A stretch of DNA of 63,647 nt, filler included, from Choristocarpus tenellus KU-1152 (taxonomy: Eukaryota; Protista; Phaeophyceae): NCBI GenBank assembly GCA_964200185.2. It is 9 parts of 9 records of this genome, joined end to end, with 100 filler letters (N's around TTAATTAATTAA, not from the genome) between each part and the next. Parts side by side here need not be neighbours in the genome. Positions count along the whole stretch, not along the records: positions 32,361 to 40,729 come from CAXNAD020004798.1; positions 40,830 to 47,365 come from CAXNAD020007909.1; positions 47,466 to 50,041 come from CAXNAD020026617.1; positions 50,142 to 53,448 come from CAXNAD020020904.1; 5 more parts are not named here. The stretch is one strand, 5' to 3'. The notes beneath the pieces are model-generated. The model did no database searches, was not told where the DNA came from, and was given only the letters and a program-made list of their open reading frames with translations. Both the position numbers and the translations under genes were made by a program. Below, one piece after another: positions 39,101 through 50,572 of the stretch (its first letter is position 1; every line of letters begins with the position of its first letter).

Positions 39101-40705
39101 CTTGTAAAACACTAGGTGTGAGATTATCAAGATGTGTTTGAACTTTAGTAAACCCTTGAGCTACCGAAGAGATAGTCAGCTAACCACAAAAGTTCTAACA
39201 AAAGCTAATCCCAGGGATCGCAATCTTTTAGATCTAAGGTTTCACCAGAGGGTTGCTATCCCTCTAATCAGTTACTACTTTCAGCGAGGCAGTTACTAAA
39301 GTGAGACCGTGTATCCTGGCTACTTGTTTTGCTTTTTGACAGATGTGTAACCATCTAATGAATGGGCGTTGGCTAGAAGTTCTAACAAACGCTACTGTCA
39401 CAGGATCGAATCCTATCATAGCTAGTTTGACTCAAGGAGGCAATCATAAAATAATCAACACAGCAAACCTTGGTCAAACAAGTGTTTAAGCAGGAGCCTT
39501 TTACTTACTTGATGGACCACCAACTTGTCCACTTTTCAGACTTGGAAATCAGCAGTCAGCAGAGTGGTACTGACATTACATGTTTACGCAAATGGTACAA
39601 GCAGTTTCTACATTTACTGCCAACAAATTCTTTCTTGGTCATCATGCCGAAAGAACCCTATATAAAACACTCGGTCTCACTGACCTCTTAGGTCACTGCC
39701 TGAAGAGAGAAGTATTGCGAACTAATGATAAGAATACGGTATTTTCAAGATGATGAGCGCAACAAACAGGAGATTATACATGCGGCATTACTATAGGCAG
39801 AACAGGTAATACCAACTTGGATTTGAGAACATAAACCTAGAAATACATGGAGAAAAACCATTGGTCACCAGGCCATAGATTCACACAGTCGTAAGTCACA
39901 GTAAGTTATTTATTCACCACAAATCAAACACAGTGCTATCAAACTAATACTCCCTCAAGTTCAAAAATACTTCAATGTTGGGTCATGGTGGAGAAAATAT
40001 GATACCTGATGGCTATTCAGCACCTCCTGATTTATGAGATGAAGTAATGGGATTTTTTTTTTGGACAGTAAAAAACAAAATAAAAAGGGCAGCAGTTGCT
40101 TCATTTGTGTCAAGCACTCATAGATACACACTTGTTCCGTCGACATTCTTTCCTCCACTGTGCAATTCCCCCCATACTTTGTGGAAAAGGCTTATCTTCA
40201 AAATTATTTTTTTCCACGTGTATAATAGTATTAATGCCAGGTGTTTTCAACAGGGCTATTCATGAGTGCGGGCAGTTAGCATGGGCTGGGGTCGCCCAAT
40301 ATCTGGTCATGTCGAAACAGTTGATGGCAATAGAATGACCCTAATTAAACATACTGGTACTAGGCTGGCCTATGACCTAATCATATTCAATAATTGACTG
40401 GGCTGGATCTGTCCAAATATGTTCCAAAATATCCCAAATACAAGTGAGAATATCCATTTTAATATATATATATATATATGCCTTCACCTTTTCCTGTACT
40501 GCCACTGTGACAAGATCAAACATAATCAGGCATTACATGATCTATGTGGCAGTGGGCCAGCCTGCAGACCAGACTCGTTGACACAATCCGTACTTGGGCG
40601 AACCTTTCTGGATAATATGTAGAAAATATTCGAACCAGTCTGACCCATGGACCAGTGCCTTCAAATTTTGCCTGGTCTAATGAAAGACCCTGGGTTATTG
40701 GTACT

Positions 40706-40729
40706 GACCCAAAGTATCTGGGAGGGGGG
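40706..40729 (+). mobile_element. Family-C MITE left end truncated at contig end
   Basis: GACCCAAAGTATCTGGGAGGGGG immediately before the linker. Confidence 0.75.
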
Positions 40730-40829
40730 NNNNNNNNNNNNNNNNNNNNNNNNNNNNNNNNNNNNNNNNNNNNTTAATTAATTAANNNNNNNNNNNNNNN
40801 NNNNNNNNNNNNNNNNNNNNNNNNNNNNN
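40730..40829. other. Artificial contig linker
   Basis: N44-TTAATTAATTAA-N44. Confidence 0.97.
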
Positions 40830-42598
40830 CAAAGGGGAGGGGAGGGCATTGATCATGCTAAGTTGGTAATCCCGTATGGGGTTAACAACTACGAGGCCAA
40901 AATGTTTGTGATGTCCTTATCTGAGGCTCTGGGCATGTTGCAGCCCTTGTATGCACTGTAGTAGGGTGGGTGGGGGGATGGACCTTTTATTATAGAAAAT
41001 TTTGTAAAGATTGATGGGATGGGGTGTGTTTTTTTTGTTTGTACACTTACGAGGGGGCACTTGCCACAAAAAAGATGTTTCGCTGGTAAAGCCAGTGATT
41101 AGACACATACACATTTTGAGATATATATTTTTCCAGTTGTGGACTGCAGTCATCGAAGAATCCGAATACGCTTTGATTGTACTGTGTATGTATACCACTG
41201 TGTGTACATGAGTAGGCTGGCTAGTACGTTCCAAGCTGATTTCTGAGCTTGACTTGACTACACTACAGTAGTGTTTTTTGAATCAATGATCGCCCAAGGC
41301 ATGTCATTTAAAAAAAAAACATATTGAAAGTTGTTTTTTTTTAACCTGTCCTTCACTCTCTTGTTGTTTGTCAAGAATTGAACCATGTGTAAAAAATCTT
41401 TTTTCCAAACCATGTGCATATCTCATTTTTGCCCTTTCTCATCTCTGTGATTGAGTAGGGTCAAGATAGAGGTCTATGGTTCAAGGACACGGAACTGCTG
41501 TTACACGAAAAGCAGATTTTCCGCTAAAAGAAAGCCTTTCAATCAGATTTAGCCATGGAGAATGAATGATTTCACCATCCCTCATCAAAAGGTGTTTTGT
41601 TTCATGTCATACGTAGATCTTCACACGTGTTGGGTATGTTCTGCTACTCAAAGGGTATTCTTGACCTTGGGAGCTTTTTCCCTGTGGGTTTCTATTCTTT
41701 GGAGTCCTTTGTGTACTGGCCAAACATTATGTACAAGCATAGTATATAGCAAACATCCGTTTCTTGGGGCAAATTGCTTGCTTTCCCAAGTTTCGGAACT
41801 CTAGACCTAGCATGGTCTACAAGGTGTGGTAGATCGTATTGGTTTGATGCAGTTGTGCGGCAGTACTTTGTGCAAGTGCATGACACCTTCTCCAAGAGAC
41901 ATGACAGCAGAATGATAAAAAAACAAGATTGAAGAATCAGATGTGACAGTCAATATTATCACCGATAGCATACAGTTCCCCTGCCATGCATGATCCCTCC
42001 GCCCCCACATATTCTTGGTGTAGCTCTTTGTACCTGGATCCTCGAATCTACCTACTTTCAATCTCATACACACACGGTTTGATAGCACGTGTGAGAGATG
42101 TGATTGGCGGCAGTTGAGCTCTACATCAGTGACGTTCTGCCTGCAACATCATTTTTGCAATATGTTCTTGATCATTGATGCTGGGAGCATGACGTGCTTC
42201 TGTGTGTTCTCAACTTTTGCTTGTTGTGATACCACTCATGGGCCTTCCTTTGCCTGTAAGCCTGTAGGTAACGACAAGTATCGCCTAACGCTAAGGTGTT
42301 AGGCTACTCTTCTTACGTTGCTATCTGTTCTAGCCTGTTCTGCTAATGGTATCGAAAAGCAACACAATTCGCACCGCTTTTTTCTCCCAGGAAGTACGTT
42401 TCCCGCCTCTCTAGACCACACTTGCAACTGGTTGAGAAGTGAAAGTTGATGAGACTCAAGGCGTATTCATTTGAGAAAAGTTGTGAGAAACCAGGAGTTG
42501 AACTGTTTATTATCTTGTTCTTGTGGTTTAACAATTCTTTGTGAAGCGCTTGCTGTGCACTTTATCTTCAGTAACACTCCACTCACTTCTTTGGCAGC

Positions 42599-42599
<1 letters not shown>

Positions 42600-42641
<42 letters not shown>

Positions 42642-42660
42642 AACTAATGTGTGTGTGTGT
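42600..42660. repeat. (GT)n microsatellite
   Basis: Direct inspection. Confidence 0.95.
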
Positions 42661-43274
42661 TTGTGTCGGTGTCGGACTTCAAGACCCCTTTCTTTAGAGA
42701 TGGCGTGCCCACTTCCAGGTCGGGCAACAATCTCTAGCTTTATTTTTCATTTGAAACACACTTTAATTCTGTGCTTACTTGTAAATTAAAGTTACTATTT
42801 CAAAGTATTATGCTGAGGTAGACAGTGTAACTATTCTTGATAAACGATGTGGTGAAACACAAGTAACTGCGACCTCTATATGATATGAGAACAGAACTGT
42901 ATTGTATTCTGTGCAATATACTCTTCGTCTAACACGCACACAAAGCATCCTAACTTCTCAAGCTGCTCATCATCAGCCATCAAACCCAACCCTTGCTTGC
43001 CCCAAGATTAATTGATGATGAAGATTGGAAGCGATGTTGGGTGGCCAATCAGTTTTTTCATCTAGGGAGGTCTTAGCGTATCAACTAGTTAATGGAGAGG
43101 AAGCAAAACAGTACTACTATTAGTTGTTGTGGAGAAACACTCTTTTCTTTCTCTTATACTCAATCCAACAAACTCGCCATAACATCAATGCTTCGGATCG
43201 AATTGCCCATCCCAACTACAGGGGACTGAAATTAAATTATCGATGGTCTTCCAGACAGTCCCAACCCTATCCAG

Positions 43275-43667
43275 TGCAGAAGCACCTTCATGATCGTAAA
43301 TTCCCCTCACCTTCACCTCAGACCCTAATTTTCTCCACCTCAGGCATAACCTTTCCTAAGACACCCTTGGTTTTCAGTGTGAACATACATAAAATGCGTA
43401 CGACTATGAAAGGTGTGTCCAGAGTAAGGATATTGACACTTGCTAACAAACGCGATAGTAATATCGAAGATACGGACATAGTAAGATTCGCAACGTTTTA
43501 TTGCAAATTTTCTGATCAAGGATTGGTGGCATTGATTGAATTATCCCCCAAAAATATTAATGAAGTAAAAAGAAACTTGCTTATGCTACTCAAAATTCAT
43601 CAAAATCGCAATATTGGATTTATAATCCTGAACGGACCCGACCGTAGCCTCTTCAACGTTTTGGCTC
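43275..43667 (-). mobile_element. Older, longer relative of the family-A MITE
   Basis: Ends with TTTTGGCTC at 43667; contains AAAGGTGTGTCC..AAGGATATTGACACTT..TAACAAAC and CATCAAAATCGCAATATTGGATT shared with family A; left boundary approximate. Confidence 0.6.
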
Positions 43668-44501
43668 TCAATCTTTCTACGTTCTTGCACAATAATTCTG
43701 TGGTAGGTAGGGCCTGTATCGGTGTTTCCATGGATGGACTTCATATATTCGGTCAAGCTCTCAACGCCAAGCCGTTCGACCATAACTACACAGATTGTGT
43801 AGATTTAGACTGCTGTTTGTGTTAGTATGGAAGAAGCGAAAAGAAAGAGATGGGAACCTCACACTATTCCGCCTTGCTGAACATGATGAGATGGTTGAAA
43901 AGAGGTTAAACTATTATAGGTGGTGGGGGTTGGTTTAGCATCTGTTGCTTTCTAGAAGGAACCACTAAAACTGAACACTTAAAACGCTTCTAGAAAACTC
44001 CATTTAGATATAGAAAATTTATGGCCATGACCCCCCCCTCACTCCCAGTCCAAGTTGGAATAACATTTTGAACATATCGACATCAAAACCCAGAATTGAT
44101 TCTCCATGAATATCATCGTAAGATATAAACCATCAACCCAAATGGTTTCGTTTACATTTATTTTCATTATTATGCCCTCTGACATTTTACAGATGTGTCA
44201 GGGGGGAAAACAAAAAAATATATACACATTGTCAGTATAAGCCTTAAAGAAATAAAATATCATAAATGTGAAAGACACTAATCTATTTGTTACTTCACCA
44301 TCTATGTTGTACTACTGCCTTGCTGTGTCTCCAAATCTACCTATACCTGTACCCCAGGGGGAGGAGGTAGGGAGGCATCCCAAGAATCCAGTAAACCCCT
44401 TCGTGCCAATCTCCCTGGTGATTCCACCTTAAAATGCATGACATATTATTGTAATTCATATCGTATTCTACACACACAGATCACCATCAACAACCTTGTT
44501 C

Positions 44502-44766
44502 AAAGGAAAAGTAAATGAGAGGCACCCAGTTTTTGGTCGTTTTCATTTTAAGTCATTCTTTTCCTTTGTTGCTATTTTCTTTTTTATCCATGGATGAAGT
44601 GCGAATATTACCTCAAGAACATTGATTTATTTTATTCTTGAAAGTTTTGTCTTCCACAGAATTCAGACAAGTCCCCACACACATCATAACGAAAAACTGC
44701 ATTTTGCACGTACATTTGTAAGGATCCTTAAAATGTAACTCTGGTACTTATCGTTTATTTTAGCTC
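44502..44766 (+). mobile_element. Family-B MITE, diverged
   Basis: AAAGTAAATGAGAGGCACCCAG...CTGGTACTTATCGTTTATTTTTAGCTC; similar to 47526-47783. Confidence 0.65.
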
Positions 44767-45559
44767 TCGTTCTCTTCGACTATCCCTTTCCCTTACCATT
44801 CTTCTCTCTCAGGGGCTTGGTGATGGAGGTAGGCCCTCCTATATCCTCCTTTTAGGGACTCCGTTCATCCGCTTCATTAATGTCCCCAGATGGATCGTTT
44901 ATGGTTCTGAACATGCGCCTGCCTCCCTTCCCGACTCCAGTGCAGCAAAGGCCCTCAGGGACCCATTGTCGCCCCCCCTGAAATTAAACCAGTCGTACAA
45001 GAGCTGAGATGGAAGCTTATCCTGGCAGAAATCGAAGCTCAGTATCTTCACTGTTTACGTCACCAATAGACGTAGTCACCTCCCACATACCAAGGGGGGA
45101 TACAATCGCATATTTGGTGGAGGGTTAGGTTGTGTTATTTTCTGTGTTTTGTACGACAAAGACCGCATGATAACACATCACTCATAATGGGTAGGAACTG
45201 TGAAAAAAATAAAGATACAATGTACTCAGTACAGTATATTGTACCCTATCCTATAGAGGTGTTTTTATCGTAAGGTGGTTTGGAAAGCATGTTTGCCTGT
45301 TGTTATACCATTTTTGCCGTATGCCATATACCGTTATACTGTGGTACCGATTGAGATTCTCAGTCAAGCGTCCATGATTTCACTGACAGACTTTCTGTCA
45401 GAATGAAACCATGGAATCTCTTCATGTGACCAATCCCATAGACTTGGGACAGCTCGTCATTCAGAGTTGTCACACATGGAAGATCCAGATTGTTCTCGCG
45501 TCGTGACTGATGATGAAGCCCCATCTTCGATGATGCTCATCACTCCTCAGTTTTGCACT

Positions 45560-46577
45560 TGTCCAACGTTAACCTTGTACCCTCGGTTACGGTTCGTTCT
45601 TGTTCGTGTGGTCCATCTTGCCCGGTTATTCTCTTCACCACCCTTGCCTGAGTGAAGAGTCAAAGTATCTTAGAGGGTAGAGCCGCGTCCATTTGAGGGT
45701 CAAAATTCAATGTTGCGATTTTGATGTAATTTTGGCGATTATGTTTGTTAGTAAGTGTTAATATCTATCTTTCGGACACACTATTTTTCATAACATACAC
45801 GTTTTACTTACTCCGAAACATTTTGGAGTAAGAAAATGTCATAATAATACCAATGGGAAGCCATGCCCCAAATGGACAAACAGGGCAAAACTCGTACCTC
45901 TAAGATACTTTCGCTCTGAACCACGCCGCCACAGAATCACACGATTCACATTGACAACACCGATCACATTCGGGACAAACCCGCCACCTTGTTTGCCCAA
46001 GCTTGTGACCGTGCCAAACAGCATGAAGCTAACAATCTGTCTGGCAATAACCCCACCCCCATAACAACTTATATGAGTGCTGTGACCCACAATCCTTGTC
46101 GTGGACAGGTCCCTCGTACAGAATTTGAGCAATTGCAGCGCGAATGTCAAAGGCTATGTACAGAGGTGGAACGTCACCGAGCGGGGGAAACACCTCTCAA
46201 CAGGGCACCAGCACGGTCGTTGACGAGTCCACCTCCCACAGCCAGGGCCACTGACAGTACCACACGACCCTCAGACACGTCACCCTACGCAGAGTCACCG
46301 TCCAACCAGCAGTACACCATGGATCACCAAAATAGTGTATGCCAGTATCCGGGTTGCCAGGCAGCGACTCGTGAGGGTCATACAACCCAGTCGTGCCTGG
46401 ATAATCCGAGGGGTGCTCGTTTACCACACTTGCGTCATAGAGGCAGGGGTCATGGAAGTGGTGTTCGTGTTCGTGAGGATAGTCAGTACCGGGCCATTAT
46501 GATCCTCGTCCCTAGGGGTGCCGACATGGATTTGACGCCTGTCCATTTGGGAACAGCGATGGTGTTGATGACACCAT
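45560..46577 (+). pseudogene. LTR-retrotransposon gag-like remnant interrupted by a MITE
   Basis: IHIDNTDHIRDKPATLFAQACDRAKQHE, a coiled coil, an atypical zinc knuckle CQYPGC..GHTTQSC, then an RGRG-rich tail. Confidence 0.5.
45657..45916 (+). mobile_element. Family-A MITE with TGAA TSD
   Basis: TGAA|GAGTCAAAGTATCTTAGAGGGTA...CCTCTAAGATACTTTCGCTC|TGAA. Confidence 0.93.
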
Positions 46578-46836
46578 GAGTGAGAGTATCTTAGAGGGTA
46601 CGAGTTTTGCCCTTTTTGTCCATTTGGGGCTTCGCTTCCCATGGGATTTTTATGGTATTTTGCCTACTCCAAAATGTTTCGGAGTAGGTAATATGTATAT
46701 GTTATGAAAAGGTGTGTCCGGAACAAGGATACTGATACTTCCTAACAAATACAACAGATAAAATTACATGGAAATCGCAACATTGGATTTTGGCCCCCAA
46801 ATGGACGCGGCCCTACCCTCTAAGATACTTTGACTC
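46578..46836 (-). mobile_element. Family-A MITE with CCAT TSD
   Basis: CCAT|GAGTGAGAGTATCTTAGAGGGTA...TACCCTCTAAGATACTTTGACTC|CCAT. Confidence 0.93.
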
Positions 46837-46872
46837 CCATCGTAGGGAGTGGCAAGCGTTAGAGGTTGACAC

Positions 46873-46907
46873 TGTGCAAAATAGGACAATAGTGAAGTGT
46901 ACCTTAT
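46873..46907 (+). repeat. Copy of the putative copia LTR 5' end
   Basis: TGTGCAAAATAGGACAATAGTGA(A/G)GTGTACCTTA also occurs at 55526-55559, right after a purine tract. Confidence 0.6.
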
Positions 46908-47092
46908 TTTGTGTATATGAGATTATTGTGTTGAATTGAATCCATGTGAGGTAAAGTAACTAACGAGATAGTACATCCGGATTATATATGGAATTTGTAT
47001 ATTATTCATTCCCTTTTGCTACTTTGAAATAGATAGCGAAAACACAATAATAATAATAATAATAATAATAAACAAACAATAAGAAGACACCC

Positions 47093-47349
47093 GAGCGAAA
47101 GGATCTTAGAGGGTACAAGTTTCTCCCTGTTTGTCCATTTGGGGCTTGGCTTCCCACGGGTTTTTTATTACATTTTACCAGCTCCAAAATGTTCGGAATA
47201 GGTAAAATGCATACGTTATGAAAAGGTGTATCCGAAACAAGGATATCGACATCTCCAAACAAGCACCATAGCCAAAATTACATCAAAATTTTTGCAACAT
47301 TGGATTTTGACCCCCAAATGGACGCGGCCCTACCCTCTAAGATACTTTG
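47093..47349 (-). mobile_element. Family-A MITE next to contig end
   Basis: GAGCGAAAGGATCTTAGAGGGTA...TACCCTCTAAGATACTTTG. Confidence 0.88.
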
Positions 47350-47365
47350 TGGGGTCCCACAAAGG

Positions 47366-47465
47366 NNNNNNNNNNNNNNNNNNNNNNNNNNNNNNNNNNN
47401 NNNNNNNNNTTAATTAATTAANNNNNNNNNNNNNNNNNNNNNNNNNNNNNNNNNNNNNNNNNNNN
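47366..47465. other. Artificial contig linker
   Basis: N44-TTAATTAATTAA-N44. Confidence 0.97.
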
Positions 47466-47520
47466 TAAAAAAATTGACCCCAAATGGACAGCCGCCACCC
47501 CCTCCCAGATACTTTGAGCC
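47466..47520 (+). mobile_element. Family-C MITE right end at contig start
   Basis: TTGACCCCAAATGGACAGCCGCCACCCC..CCCAGATACTTTGAGCC, nearly identical to 35000-35050. Confidence 0.85.
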
Positions 47521-47524
47521 ACTA

Positions 47525-47783
47525 TGTCAAAGTAAACGAAAGATACCCAGGTTTTGGCAGTTTTGCATTTTAAGTCTGTTTTCGAGTCTTTTGCAATCCA
47601 ACAATATTTCTACGAATGAAGTACTAGGTTTGACTTGAGAGCGTTTATTTCCCCATCGTTTGAAACTTTTTCGACACAATTCATGTAATGTTCTATACAA
47701 ATTTGTGGGAAAAGATTAATATTGCACATATTTTTCAACATCCTTAAGATGATACTCTGGGTACCTCTCGTTTACTTTGACTC
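47525..47783 (+). mobile_element. Family-B MITE (~260 bp), probable ACTA TSD
   Basis: ACTA|TGTCAAAGTAAACGAAAGATACCCAG...CTGGGTACCTCTCGTTTACTTTGACTC|ACTA. Confidence 0.85.
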
Positions 47784-48107
47784 ACTATTACTGTGGAAAT
47801 ACCATGCTATAGTCAGGGTATGTTGTTGAATCTACTGGCAAACAAAGGTGATACCTCATGTATACTTTTGTTATAATGATCCTAACCAAATTTGGAAATC
47901 AAGTTCAGTAGGATTAAGACTTGTGCTTGCTGAATAGCGGGGGCAAGACAGGAGGGTGCACTACTTATGTTCTTGTTGTGTTTCTTTTCTTAGGGAGTTG
48001 ACTTGTGGACTGTCTGGGGAGGCGTCACAATGGGGGACGGGTACGGAGGGGCGATGGAGTACTACAGAACAATATAGTGGCATCGAGTGTTGTATAAACA
48101 CCCCACT

Positions 48108-48315
48108 GAGTCAAAACATTTTGAGAAGGTAGGAGGCCGCGTCCGTTCGGGGGCATAAGTCCAATGTGGCGATTTTGATTCCTTTCATAGTCGTATACAA
48201 ATTAGGTATCTATGTTCACTCAGAAAACCGAAAAAGGGCATAAAAAAACCGTGGGAATCCAAGCACCAAACGGACAAACAGGGAAAAAGTTCTACCCTCT
48301 TAAATAGTTTGACTC
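48108..48315 (+). mobile_element. Short family-A variant MITE with CACT TSD
   Basis: CACT|GAGTCAAAACATTTTGAGAAGGTA...TACCCTCTTAAATAGTTTGACTC|CACT; lacks the central hairpin region. Confidence 0.85.
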
Positions 48316-49036
48316 CACTAGGGTATTTGAGTGTTTCGCTGTAGTGGAGGAATTTTACGCACCCTCACCATTGTTATTATTGAGAAAGATACAAAGTACT
48401 CTGGTATTCATGTTGAGGGTTTATCAGTTGAACAGTGGCAGCACAAACTCTGAGTCCCTACCTGCTAGGGTCCTACCCTACCAACAGCATGATGATGTCA
48501 ATATTCATAACAGATACATAACATAATACTTGCAGAAATTATTCAAGCTGCAATATACACCCTCTAAAAATGGAAACACAAATGCCTTATTTCAAAATCG
48601 CTGGCTCCAAAATTGCCTTATTTTCATAGTTCTTGTTGGCCTGTGCACTGCAGGGTGGTCGATGTCGGTCCCAGCAGCCAGAGCCACCCAGCCCTCATAA
48701 CCTAGGCACTCTTGCTGAAGCAATAGTTGATGGAATGAAGCTTGCAGGCTGCTGATGAGTGCACCCTGTCTCTCTGAATCCCTTATAGCCTGAGTGCAGG
48801 GGTTTATGTGGTAAACAGTAGGGGAATCCAAATATTGTGTATGGGAATCATCACAATCAACTTGTGTTACTCGCTGTAGTCTATTGTACTACAAAGGGCC
48901 GTTACTGATCATGGATAGAGTGAGCACTGAGCAGTAAAGAGATATTCTGAATTTGAACATGTCTTATAAAAACTTGCAATACGCATCAAAGTGTACCACT
49001 TGTGAATGTAGCGCAAGGTAGAAGTACCCCTGTAGA

Positions 49037-49721
49037 GAGCCAAAGAAAACGAGAGATGCCCAGATTTTGTCCGATTTGCATTCTAAGTTTGATTTTCAAT
49101 ATTTTGCAGTTCACTCATATTTCTATAGATGAAGTTCCAAGTTTGACTTGAGAACATTTATTTCTCTATTATTTGAAACCTTCCCGACACAATTTAGAAA
49201 ATATCCTACACATATTTATTTTAAAAAGCCAAATTTTGCCCATTTTTGTTAGCATCCCTTGGGTACCTCTGAGCCAAAGTATCTTAGAAGGTAGAACCGC
49301 GTCCATTTGGGGGTCAAAATTCAATGTTGCGATTTTGATGTAATTTTGGCTATCGTGTTTGTTAGGAGGTGTCAATATCCTTTTTCTGGACACATCTTTT
49401 CATAATGAATACATTTTACCTACTCTGAAACATTTTGGAGTAGGTAAAATGTCATAAAAAAAAACGTGGGAAGCCGAGCCCCAAATGGGCAAACAGGGCA
49501 AAACTCATACCCTCTAAGATACTTTCACTCATTCCTTACAATGCAACTCTGGGTAACCCTAACCCTAACCTTTCATAACGTATACATTTTACCTACTCCG
49601 AAACATTTTGGATAGGAAAATATCATTAAAAAAAACCCATGGAAAGCCAAGCCCTAAATGGACAAACAGGGAAAAACCTATAACCTCTAAGATACTTTCA
49701 CTCTCTCCTTTACTTTGACTC
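49037..49721 (+). mobile_element. Family-B MITE containing a full family-A MITE (49271-49530), a telomere-like tract and a partial family-A copy (49571-49703)
   Basis: GAGCCAAAGAAAACGAGAGATGCCCAG left end; the right end GGGTACCTCT...CTTTACTTTGACTC is split by the insertions. Confidence 0.85.
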
Positions 49722-49728
49722 AGGATTT

Positions 49729-49906
49729 GATCCAAAGTATCTGGGGGTGGGGGAGGGTCTACACCAGGGTGTCCATTTGGACCAAAACCAGGAAAAATGC
49801 ACTTACATTAACCATCCGATGTATGCAACCAAATCACCCAAAAATCGTGACATGAAAAATCGACCCAAAATGAACAGCGACCACCACCCCCGAGATACTT
49901 AGAGCC
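49729..49906 (+). mobile_element. Family-C MITE, longest copy (~178 bp)
   Basis: GATCCAAAGTATCTGGGGG...CCCCGAGATACTTAGAGCC, flanked by TTT. Confidence 0.85.
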
Positions 49907-49998
49907 TTTTCATGGAGGCTGTTCCTATGAAAATGTACTGTATTACTCCCATTGGAATCAGGAAAGGGGCGGGGGGTGGCGGGTGAGGGGGGCACAGA

Positions 49999-50041
49999 GG
50001 CTCAAAGCATCTGGGGGGGGTGGTGGCTGCCCATTTGGGAC
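49999..50041 (-). mobile_element. Family-C MITE end truncated at contig end
   Basis: GGCTCAAAGCATCTGGGGGGGTGGTGGCTGCCCATTTGGG. Confidence 0.75.
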
Positions 50042-50141
50042 NNNNNNNNNNNNNNNNNNNNNNNNNNNNNNNNNNNNNNNNNNNNTTAATTAATTAANNN
50101 NNNNNNNNNNNNNNNNNNNNNNNNNNNNNNNNNNNNNNNNN
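50042..50141. other. Artificial contig linker
   Basis: N44-TTAATTAATTAA-N44. Confidence 0.97.
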
Positions 50142-50174
50142 CATCCTAATTTCAGAGGGTTGTGACTTCCCTCC

Positions 50175-50220
50175 TGACCCCAAATGGACAGCCGCCACCC
50201 CCTCCCAGATACTTTGAGCC
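50175..50220 (+). mobile_element. Family-C MITE right end
   Basis: TGACCCCAAATGGACAGCCGCCACCCCCTCCCAGATACTTTGAGCC. Confidence 0.85.
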
Positions 50221-50572
50221 AAACCTACAATTTACTTGTAAGCTACATCACATGCTACATACCATAGTACCTTCAGTTTACCAAGTTGTACACTGTGAAG
50301 TCTACATTTGGGAACTGTTGGTCGCATCAACTAAGAAGTTTTGTTGTTAGACTCTCACAAATTTCCCTACAATGCCCGGTTGCAGGCATACGTGTATATT
50401 TTCTATATATATGTTTGAAAATTAGGTAAGTTAGACTTGCATTGTAGGAAATGTCTGTTGCTACTATTGTGGTCTCAATGTATTTGATTAGTGATATGGT
50501 AAGCATGCAAAATGTGCTGTAGAGAGGTAGAGCTGGAAACACACGTGGATAACAGGTAGGCCTCACTGTAGA

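Noticed and set aside
43124-43825. 233-aa plus-strand ORF
   Set aside because: It largely overlaps a diverged family-A-related MITE, starts at a non-ATG codon and has no recognisable motifs.
45657-46836. Composite transposon made of two inverted family-A MITEs carrying cargo
   Set aside because: Each MITE has its own TSD (TGAA, CCAT), so these are independent insertions.
48700-48790. Isolated candidate exon (AIRDSERQGALISSLQASFHQLLLQQECL)
   Set aside because: Splice-like ends, but no linked exons or recognisable homology within the short contig.
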